This document shows, piece after piece, positions 18,236 through 25,744 of a stretch of 32,000 nucleotides of DNA (its first letter is position 1; every line of letters begins with the position of its first letter). The stretch comes from Candidatus Hermodarchaeota archaeon. Its GTDB lineage: Archaea > Asgardarchaeota > Heimdallarchaeia > Hodarchaeales > Hodarchaeaceae. The translations under genes and the position numbers were made by a program. Where the stretch lies: positions 60,001 to 92,000 of the forward strand of contig JBHLKY010000005.1 of assembly GCA_048886185.1 (NCBI GenBank), given 5' to 3'. The notes under the pieces are model-generated. The model did not search any database. It was not told the DNA's origin and saw only the letters and a list, made by a program, of their open reading frames with translations.

Positions 18236-19381
18236 TCAAGTTTTCATTAGCTCATCTATTACCAATAGTAGCTGTTTAAGATGAGATTTAGTAGTAAGAG
18301 GCATAATAACAAACCGAAGGCACCCATTCACAATAGATGTTGTCCATCCTAGCCTCCATAATCTTTTATGTAACTCTAAAACAGTGATATCAGAGTCTAC
18401 TGGAGTTTGGACTCCAAGTATATTAATTATCGGATTAATAGGGATTATAAATCCTCGTTGTCTTAATTCTTTAGCAAAGAAATGAGTATTTTTTATACAA
18501 GACTCTATTATATTTTGAAATCCTTTGAAACCTATTCTTTCCCATAATGAAGCGAATGCAATTGTAGAAGCACCTGATCTAGTTCCCGTGAGAGTTATTT
18601 GTTTAGGATTTTTCGCTAAATATGGTAATGTGAATTGTATAGCTTTTGGAAAATCCTTGTCACGCCATAACAATCCCCCTCCAGGAATTGGTACACGGCC
18701 CATTTTATGAATATCTACAGTAATGGATACAATTGACTGCAATTCAAAAGATAAATAGAATTTAGTATTAATTTTAGAAAGAAAGGGAAAAATCAGTCCA
18801 CCAAATGCCGCATCAACATGTAAATTCAAGTTGTGATCCAAGCAAATACCATTAAGCTCTTTCAATGGATCAATGGTTCCAAAAGCAGTGGTACCAGCCA
18901 CTCCTATGACAGCAATGGTGTTCCTCGTAACATTATTAACCACTGCATCAAGATCTATTTGATATTGAGGTGTTGTGGGAACTTTAAGGAGTTTTAGCTG
19001 CAATAAATCAGCTGCTTTATCAATAGAGACGTGGACAGATTCAGGAGCAATAATTTCTGGTCTTTGAAGTTTTGATTTCTGATTATTACGTATAGCCCAA
19101 AGGGCTGTAACATTAGCTTCTGATCCCCCAGAGAGAATAACTCCCGTCCCAGAGGAAGGAAGTTGAAATAAGCTACCTAAAATTGTAATAACTTGACCCT
19201 CTACATCCTTTGCACCAGGAAATAATGCAGGGTCACCCAAATTCTTGTCTAAATTATTATGAAAAACTTTCAGTGCATACGGATCGGCTTCACAATTCAT
19301 AGAGCTTAGAATCCGTCCCTCAGAATAAGAGAAGTCTTTTTTTAGCCTATCTTCTACTTTAAATAATTCATTGCTATTCAA
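18236..19381 (-). CDS. mfnA: Archaeal group II PLP decarboxylase (tyrosine/aspartate decarboxylase, MfnA type)
   Basis: ILSSM, NLGDPALFPG, SGGSEAN, GTTAFGTIDP, HVDAAFGG, DIHKMG (PLP lysine), TGTRSGA. Confidence 0.88.
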   Translation of the reverse strand: MNSNELFKVEDRLKKDFSYSEGRILSSMNCEADPYALKVFHNNLDKNLGDPALFPGAKDVEGQVITILGSLFQLPSSGTGVILSGGSEANVTALWAIRNNQKSKLQRPEIIAPESVHVSIDKAADLLQLKLLKVPTTPQYQIDLDAVVNNVTRNTIAVIGVAGTTAFGTIDPLKELNGICLDHNLNLHVDAAFGGLIFPFLSKINTKFYLSFELQSIVSITVDIHKMGRVPIPGGGLLWRDKDFPKAIQFTLPYLAKNPKQITLTGTRSGASTIAFASLWERIGFKGFQNIIESCIKNTHFFAKELRQRGFIIPINPIINILGVQTPVDSDITVLELHKRLWRLGWTTSIVNGCLRFVIMPLTTKSHLKQLLLVIDELMKT

Positions 19382-19532
19382 GAGTGATTCTGCTTCCAGA
19401 AAAATGAAATATTATCCATGTCATTCAATTTCTGTTTTGTAAAAAAGGTTATGTGGCAAGAATGTATGCACAAGTAAAAACATTGTAAACTGGAAATATT
19501 TGCAGAGAAGATCATAAAGGAAATATATAGTA

Positions 19533-20723
19533 ATGAGACGCATAAAGTCTTCCTCATCGCAATTAATTATATTATTATTAGCGCGAATAGCTTTTGATCT
19601 TGACTTTCAAAGCATCACATTATATTTCAGTACCTTGAGTGAGTCATATAATGTTCAAATTTGGCTTATGGGGTTCCTTGTATCAGTATATTCGATTTCA
19701 ATTCTTTTAAGTCCAATCTTTGGTAATTTGTCTGACCAATATGGAAGGAAACGATTTCTAACAATTGGTTTAATCTTATTTGGGATAAGTTCTTGGTTTA
19801 TGGTCATTACTCAAAATTGGTTTCAAATCATTTTAGCGCGAGCTTTTACGGGACTATCTTCGGCAATTTTCTTACCTTCTCTGCTAGCACAGTTAGGGGA
19901 TAACTATTCTTATGAAAAGAGATCACGAGCAATGGGACTCGTTCGATTATCATGGCCAATTACCTTCATATTTGGAGTACCGTTAGTAGGTTATTCAATT
20001 GAGCATTTAAATTGGCGTATTCCATTTATCATCCTTGGATTTCTTGCAGTAATTACTTGTGTACTAATAATCTTCATGGATTCTCCAATAAGTGAGATTT
20101 CTAATCAACCAACAATGAAAAAGAGTATCGATTTATTCAAGACGGTTCTATTAAACCGAAATGCGCTTTCAGGGTTACTATTAACGTTCTTTGCGGTGGG
20201 TGCCATTCAGGGTATTTTTGCTTTTTTTCCTGTTTGGATGGAAACTACATTTCAAATAGAAGAGACATATATAGGTATAGTTCTTTCGTTCATGGGAATT
20301 GGGACACTATTTGGTACCCTTCTGGCAACTTGGTTTGGAGACAAGATTGGCCCCAAGCAATGTTCGATATCGGGTTTAATAGTAGCTGCTTGCTGTATGG
20401 TATTGTTATCCAACTTTTCATTCAATATTTCTTTTGTAATTGTCTGGTTAATACTCTTAGGGACAGCATTCGATTTTTCTATGACTGAAGTTCCTGTCCT
20501 TCTCACTCAAGTATCTTCAGGCTCGAAGGGGACAGTTTTATCATTCAATCAAGCTCTGAATGCAGGAGCATCGGCACTTGGCTCAGCTTTAAGTGGAATA
20601 ATATGGATTAGTTTTGGTTATGGAACAATTGGGGTATTATTTGCGATCACTGCTTTCACAGGGGCATTAATTGGTTATTTTAATATTAAGGTTGTTCCAG
20701 AACAATCTTTCGAGAGAAATTAG
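19533..20723 (+). CDS. MFS transporter
   Basis: About 12 hydrophobic segments; motif A GNLSDQYGRK and FGDKIGPK; ARAFTGL. Confidence 0.93.
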   Translation: MRRIKSSSSQLIILLLARIAFDLDFQSITLYFSTLSESYNVQIWLMGFLVSVYSISILLSPIFGNLSDQYGRKRFLTIGLILFGISSWFMVITQNWFQIILARAFTGLSSAIFLPSLLAQLGDNYSYEKRSRAMGLVRLSWPITFIFGVPLVGYSIEHLNWRIPFIILGFLAVITCVLIIFMDSPISEISNQPTMKKSIDLFKTVLLNRNALSGLLLTFFAVGAIQGIFAFFPVWMETTFQIEETYIGIVLSFMGIGTLFGTLLATWFGDKIGPKQCSISGLIVAACCMVLLSNFSFNISFVIVWLILLGTAFDFSMTEVPVLLTQVSSGSKGTVLSFNQALNAGASALGSALSGIIWISFGYGTIGVLFAITAFTGALIGYFNIKVVPEQSFERN

Positions 20724-21733
20724 TCCTCAATCTCCTCAATCTCCCCGTAACACTGAGATTTAGCAAAAAGAATGCCGATCAAATGACGAGGAGCTTGAAT
20801 ATCATGGTCAACTCGTAGATGATAGATGACGTTCTTAAAATCATCAAGTGAAACATCCTCATCAATTTTAAGTTCCCCATACACAGTTAAGTCAACCATC
20901 TGTTCAGTATCAAGGAAATATTCAAAGAAAGAACGAGTAAGATGGACATCAGAGTCAAAACTTTTTTGAACGACCCGAGGAAGACGATCACCTCTATATT
21001 TCTCAATCTTGGAACAATCTTTAGCTTTTTTGACAAGATGTAAATAGAGATGGGAAGGAACCCAGATGCGTTCAATATGTTCAATTTTTTGGATTTTCTT
21101 GAAAGTATCCCGTGTAATATCTGGTCCTAATAGGAGATTCTTAACCCCAATGATATTGATCTCCTCATCACCAAGATTTCTTAATTCCTCTTCATCAAGT
21201 TCCAGAGAATCAATATTACTTATTGTATTACCATTTTCACCTATAGAGGTATATCGATACCTTGCTAAAACACGATTAATCAATTCAGCAACACTAATCC
21301 CATTCCTCTTTGCAATTCTACTGATGTCCTTATATAAGCGAGAGTCTAAACCACGAATACCAATGACTTTTTCAGACTTAGAGATTTCAATATCTTGAGG
21401 AAGAGGGGGAACTGGGGGAAGAGGGGGAAGAGGTGGAGTGGAAAGATTATGAGGACGAGGTAATCGAGGGTGAATTCTTTCATCTATATCCTCATCTGAA
21501 TTATCAATATCTTCATCATCAAGACTTTCGTTAGGGGGAGAAGACCAGTTAAATAAGAAATCTTCTTCAGAATCCTGATCGTTGCTTTTCTTCGATTTTT
21601 TACGCTGATTTTCCATTATCATCACGATAAATATGAGATCTCTCATGTTCTTCAATGATTTTTTTTGCCATAATAATATAAGAAGAGGGATCAAAGTGGT
21701 TTGATTCCCGTACATTATTTTTAACCTGTTCAA
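20720..21733 (-). CDS. Hypothetical protein: acidic and polyproline N-terminus, RHH-like segment, duplicated C-terminal unit
   Basis: ESLDDEDIDNSDEDIDE, PPLPPLPPVPPLP, VIGIRGLDSRLYKDISRIAKRNGISVAELINRVL. Repeated units LLLGPDITRDTF...IWVPSHL and LKIDEDVSLDDF...IQAPRHL. ATG at 21616 (MENQRK) is a more plausible start than TTG 21733. Confidence 0.7.
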   Translation of the reverse strand: MNRLKIMYGNQTTLIPLLILLWQKKSLKNMRDLIFIVMIMENQRKKSKKSNDQDSEEDFLFNWSSPPNESLDDEDIDNSDEDIDERIHPRLPRPHNLSTPPLPPLPPVPPLPQDIEISKSEKVIGIRGLDSRLYKDISRIAKRNGISVAELINRVLARYRYTSIGENGNTISNIDSLELDEEELRNLGDEEINIIGVKNLLLGPDITRDTFKKIQKIEHIERIWVPSHLYLHLVKKAKDCSKIEKYRGDRLPRVVQKSFDSDVHLTRSFFEYFLDTEQMVDLTVYGELKIDEDVSLDDFKNVIYHLRVDHDIQAPRHLIGILFAKSQCYGEIEEIED

Positions 21734-21778
21734 TTAAATAATTACACATGAGAGTGCCCCAGAAGATTTTTTAAAGTC

Positions 21779-21817
21779 ATGTTATCATATGTTAACAAAT
21801 GTTATATATAGTTTTCG
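21779..21817 (-). promoter_or_regulatory. Putative BRE/TATA promoter overlapped by three ATGTTA direct repeats at 10-bp period
   Basis: ATGTTA at 21779, 21789 and 21799. The minus strand reads CGAAAAC-TATATATAA (21817-21802), which is BRE plus TATA-like. Confidence 0.55.
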
Positions 21818-21895
21818 ATTCAGAACAACTAACAACAAGTAACTGCAAAGTACTCAAATTTTCAGAAAATAACAACTATTCACCCTTAAAAATGC

Positions 21896-21936
21896 ATTCC
21901 CCCAAAGCTCTCACTTATTAGATGTAAGATAATTTC
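21896..21936. repeat. Intergenic copy of a ~40-nt direct repeat (partner at 22870-22909 inside the kinase gene)
   Basis: attcccccaaagctctcacttattagatgtaagataatttc versus attccccaaagctctcccttattagatgtaagataatttc: one substitution and one extra C. Confidence 0.92.
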
Positions 21937-22088
21937 ATTTAATGCCTCCTTATGAAGATTCGTTTAATAAAAACCTTATTTTTATCTGATTTACTTTGAG
22001 AAGCCGTAGATTAAGTAGTTTAGCTTCTAATACTGTAGAAGTAGGTTTTTCATTGTTAGTAGAAGGTATTAACTAACTTCTAAGATGT

Positions 22089-22493
22089 CTAAAGTTTCCC
22101 AAATAGTTTAAAAATGAATTCTTCTAGGTTTTTGGAGATACCTGATGGTTTTTTGAATTCATTCTCGTGAGGGCAATAATCATCTGTAATCATTCGATGT
22201 TCTATCATATCCCAAATAAAAGGATAGAATTGACAACCTTCAGGTCGAATTTCATATATGATGCATAATCCGTGTTGATCAAGAAAGTAACATTGGGTCT
22301 TTTGATCAGTCTGTTTATTTCTTAGTGCTTTATATCCGTCATTATTGATAACAACAAATTCTTTAGCAGGGATTGACATCATTGTGACGATTCTATGAAT
22401 ATCTTTCTTTGTTAAAAGCATCTCTGTCTCATTGCAACAGTGATGACATTTATATTTCAGACAAATTTCTCCATCAACATTTTTCCTACCCAT
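22089..22493 (-). CDS. YkgJ/UPF0153 family cysteine-cluster (putative Fe-S or Zn) protein
   Basis: CLKYKCHHCC, CYFL, CIIYEIRPEGCQFYPF, YCP. Confidence 0.9.
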   Translation of the reverse strand: MGRKNVDGEICLKYKCHHCCNETEMLLTKKDIHRIVTMMSIPAKEFVVINNDGYKALRNKQTDQKTQCYFLDQHGLCIIYEIRPEGCQFYPFIWDMIEHRMITDDYCPHENEFKKPSGISKNLEEFIFKLFGKL

Positions 22494-22544
22494 TGGTCTT
22501 ATCTCTTATTCAGTAAACTGTTACTTTACGTAAAATTATATCTA

Positions 22545-23318
22545 TTAAGTATACAAAATAAACCCTGGTGAAGATAAACTATTATCAAGGTATGTATCAA
22601 CTGTTTCAGCTAATTCAGCAAGATTGTCTTTGAGTAGCGTGAATATCAGTGCCAATTGATATTTAAAAGCTTTTTTTGCTCGTGGGTCTGCTAAAATGTT
22701 AACAATGTTCAAAATACTTTTGTAATTCTCGAGTAGACGTTTTTCGGTGATCAGTCCAGTTAATTTTTTTATCGCTTGTTCCAAACCCTGCTTTGAATCC
22801 TTTATCCATGGATAATATAAGCACAGTTCGCTGCCAGTTATGTCTCTTGAGAAGCAGTTCTCGAAATCTATTCCCCAAAGCTCTCCCTTATTAGATGTAA
22901 GATAATTTCCTCCATGACGATCAAGTGCTCCAATCCAAGCTTCAAATACAAAGAGATCTAGAATATCTGTTTCTTTGATTGATGTCGATGTGCTGCCAAG
23001 AGAAACAGCTAATTCCTCAGCTCTTTCTACCCATTCTTGCAATAAACCGAGTGAATAGCCTCTCCTAGAAATAATTGATTGTGGAATGCGGATTCCAAGC
23101 TCAGATGCTAATGTTGAAACAATGTATTCTCGAATCAACTTATTGAGAGTTAATTTTTTCCATAACCAAATCCGATCATCATTGTCAATGAAAAATTGTG
23201 ATTGATCTTGGAAATTTGAACCCCTAATCTCTTTTGAGAATGAAGTCTGAAAGAGTATAATTGCCTCTTTTTGGTGCCGTGGATAGAGTTCTATCTCTAA
23301 GTGATTGGAATTTTTCAT
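22545..23318 (-). CDS. HipA-like / PI3-PI4-kinase-like atypical kinase
   Basis: RGSN (Gly-loop equivalent), WLWKK, REYIVSTLASELGIRIP, catalytic FEAWIGALDRHGGNYL, Mg-binding WGIDFENCF. GGTGA SD. Confidence 0.85.
   Translation of the reverse strand: MKNSNHLEIELYPRHQKEAIILFQTSFSKEIRGSNFQDQSQFFIDNDDRIWLWKKLTLNKLIREYIVSTLASELGIRIPQSIISRRGYSLGLLQEWVERAEELAVSLGSTSTSIKETDILDLFVFEAWIGALDRHGGNYLTSNKGELWGIDFENCFSRDITGSELCLYYPWIKDSKQGLEQAIKKLTGLITEKRLLENYKSILNIVNILADPRAKKAFKYQLALIFTLLKDNLAELAETVDTYLDNSLSSPGFILYT
22870..22909. repeat. Coding copy of the ~40-nt direct repeat (encodes NYLTSNKGELWG of the kinase)
   Basis: Direct sequence comparison with 21896-21936. Confidence 0.92.
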
Positions 23319-23323
23319 TAAAT

Positions 23324-23363
23324 TTCACCATACGAGCGTGTATTTGGTGAATGGATTCTTCAT
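23324..23363 (-). promoter_or_regulatory. SD-occluding hairpin and 12-codon uORF upstream of the kinase
   Basis: TTCACCA (23324-23330) and TGGTGAA (23345-23351) form an inverted repeat with an inner TAC/GTA pair. uORF ATG 23363 to TGA 23325 (MKNPFTKYTLVW); its stop lies within the GGTGA SD. Confidence 0.5.
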
Positions 23364-23488
23364 TTCGCCTTAAGACCACAATTCTCACATCTCTTACAAG
23401 CTATAGGGACAGCTAGGATTTTAGAAAGGAGACTTGGGTTAAATTACTCAATTTACGTTCTTTTACAGTTGATTTTTGATTTTTTCTA

Positions 23489-24502
23489 GTGAAATTATCC
23501 GCTAGGTCAGAAGATAAGTACAAATTGGTTTTTCTCTTACAAACTTCGATCATAGATTTTTGGTCATCATCAGTCAAAAACTTTTTATTATCAAATGGAG
23601 CCAGAGAGAGTGTGATCCATATAGATACAAGGAAACTCCCAAGATCTGTTCCTCTTTTAGTGGCTTTTATTGGAGTAATTATTACTATTATTTTATCGTT
23701 TGTCATGAATAACTTCTTTATTTCTCAAAGCATTAACCTTCTAATTGGGTGGATTTTTCTTTTATCTATGATAGTTTTTGTGATATTGTATTTTTTTTCT
23801 CGCTTTCTCTTGAAAAATTCTCAAATAAGAATAAACAAAGAAATTGCCGAATTTTATTATCCTTTAATGAATAATCCATTATTAGGTGCTTCTGAGGTTC
23901 ATGAGTATGCTAAACAACTTGATAATGCATTCAAAGGACTTGATTCCTGGACTAATTTAACAGAAAACGAATATATTCATTGGGCTGAAACTAAAACTAA
24001 GTTAAACCAATACAAAGAAGCTCGTAAGCTGATTGAAAAAGCCCTCTACATAAATCCAAAGAATAATAGAGCATTTTGGAAATTACTCTACAATTTAAGA
24101 TTCTTAGAGAAGGAAGTCCTTGCTATCAAATATTTAGATATCTTTTCTGAGATAATTCAAGATCCTGGAATTAAAAATTTTCTTAAAGCTCTAATATATG
24201 AATCACGATATCCTAGTGAAGCTAGAATTTTCCATGAACTAAGTAGACACGAAGGTATCAACATTAAATCACAAGACCAATTAAAGTTAAATGATTATCT
24301 AGAGAGCCTTTTCTCCACATTTAATAATCCAGAATTATTAGCAAAACATAAGGAGATATTTATTAACAACTTAGGAAATTATTGGGATTTTCTTACTAAT
24401 CTGTTCCCTAAGACCACTATTCTGGAGATCTATTACCTTCTTGAAAAAATACAGGAGAAATACGGTAAAGAATGGCTCGGAAGTAAACAACGATTCTCAT
24501 AA
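23489..24502 (+). CDS. Membrane-anchored TPR-like protein
   Basis: Two hydrophobic helices (about aa 52-103), then TPR-like YKEARKLIEKALYINPKNNRAF. GTG start. Confidence 0.75.
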   Translation: MKLSARSEDKYKLVFLLQTSIIDFWSSSVKNFLLSNGARESVIHIDTRKLPRSVPLLVAFIGVIITIILSFVMNNFFISQSINLLIGWIFLLSMIVFVILYFFSRFLLKNSQIRINKEIAEFYYPLMNNPLLGASEVHEYAKQLDNAFKGLDSWTNLTENEYIHWAETKTKLNQYKEARKLIEKALYINPKNNRAFWKLLYNLRFLEKEVLAIKYLDIFSEIIQDPGIKNFLKALIYESRYPSEARIFHELSRHEGINIKSQDQLKLNDYLESLFSTFNNPELLAKHKEIFINNLGNYWDFLTNLFPKTTILEIYYLLEKIQEKYGKEWLGSKQRFS

Positions 24503-24556
24503 CAGTATATTAATTAGATTTGGAAGAAAAACTGAAGAGATCGTAGAGAAGTGTCA

Positions 24557-25120
24557 CTATTCTTTTCGGATTCGTTTTCTACCAAATAAATCAGTATCCT
24601 TAATTTCTAAATCTTCATTCTGTTGTACATATTGGTGTTGTTCAAATTTATTGAGAGCTTCTTCAAACTCCCCAAGGTTTTGCTTAAGTGTTTCAAATCC
24701 TTTTATAAATCTTAAAGAGAGACCAAGGACAAAACTCGCATATTGAATTTCAGAACCACCAATCCGTGTATTCAATTCATGCCCCAGTTGCATTTTGATG
24801 AATGAAATTGCTTGTCTACCTTCGATTGTGTCCCTTTTTTCTAAATAATGGTAAAGTAAACCTCCAAAATTATAACCCCACATTTTTGCTATATCATCTT
24901 CAGAACCTCCAACCAACAAGATAGTATTCTTTGCTGCTTCATATGTCTGGTCAAATTGTTCAATGATACCACTTGCTAACTCATTGGAAATTTTAAGGTG
25001 AGCTTTTAATTGAGAGACCTTTTTAGCAAGTTGTGTAATTTCTTCTTTCCCAGCTTCAGAATACATCTTTTCTAAATGCTCTGAAGTGATTCTTTCACGA
25101 GATTCTTGAGTGGGACACAT
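24557..25120 (-). CDS. Hypothetical helical protein
   Basis: 187-aa ORF with natural composition; GAGGTAA upstream of the ATG; no recognised motif. Confidence 0.7.
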   Translation of the reverse strand: MCPTQESRERITSEHLEKMYSEAGKEEITQLAKKVSQLKAHLKISNELASGIIEQFDQTYEAAKNTILLVGGSEDDIAKMWGYNFGGLLYHYLEKRDTIEGRQAISFIKMQLGHELNTRIGGSEIQYASFVLGLSLRFIKGFETLKQNLGEFEEALNKFEQHQYVQQNEDLEIKDTDLFGRKRIRKE

Positions 25121-25288
25121 AATCTCATTACCTCGTTAAATTTCACATATATTTTGATACTATTTTCCCCTTATTAGCTTTATAAAATTAAATACTAATT
25201 TGTATTTCATAATACACTTATTTAAAACTACTGATATTGAATAAAGAATGAGTTGAAAGTTTTAATAACAATATTTCAGGAGAATAAA

Positions 25289-25574
25289 ATGGAAAGGAGG
25301 AGAGCTAGGCCAACCAATGAAAGAATTAAAACTAAAATTAATCCTAGGAAAGCAAGAAGATCGTGCTCACCTTCAAACAGAGAGAGGTTATTCTTCATAT
25401 CTGCGAGAATTACAGAAAAATGATGATCATTTTTCCTTTAATCCATGCGACTTCCCATTGTTGCTGCTAAAATTGGGACAACGGTTGAAATATTCACTCC
25501 AATGGTTGTTCGATTTGATATGGATTGATGCTCATCTACGAGATCTTCCATCAAGTTTATATGAAATTTATTGA
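25289..25574 (+). pseudogene. Possible decayed gene (weak GT4 glycosyltransferase-like fragment) or small ORF(s)
   Basis: Three short overlapping + frames. One reads FFL*SMRLPIVAAKIGTTVEIF, similar to GT4 lEAMaxGxPvVAsxvGgxxE with the Glu codon replaced by TAA. A 44-aa Arg-rich ORF (25289-25423) follows GGAG. Confidence 0.28.
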
Positions 25575-25744
25575 TATAGTACAAATATTAACCTGAAGAG
25601 TCTATTAATTCAGCTTATTAGCTACCTTTCAATACTTAAATCTTTTTTCTGTTAATTTAAGATCAACTCCCCATATATGTAGTTTTTCATGCTTTTTAAC
25701 CGATAGTGATAAGAATAATCAATTTGAATGGCATTTAACTCGAA

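Noticed and set aside
16748-21398. Short ORFs 16748-16939, 17574-17774, 18525-18710, 20234-20488, 20252-20506, 20887-21084, 21066-21398
   Set aside because: Antisense or alternate-frame shadows; the F/S/L-rich ones mirror E/K-rich coiled-coil codons.
21400-21445. G-rich tandem (GGGGGAA)-like repeats on the + strand
   Set aside because: Explained by the Pro-Pro-Leu codon repeats of the minus-strand gene; not an independent element.
21896-22909. Reading the 40-nt repeat as a DGR template/variable pair or a CRISPR spacer
   Set aside because: Too short for a DGR template, the sense-strand difference is G/T rather than at an adenine, and there is no reverse transcriptase. No flanking CRISPR repeats or cas genes are visible.
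23413-24746. ORFs 23413-23706 (-) and 24441-24746 (+)
   Set aside because: Overlap better-supported opposite-strand or same-strand genes; no motifs.
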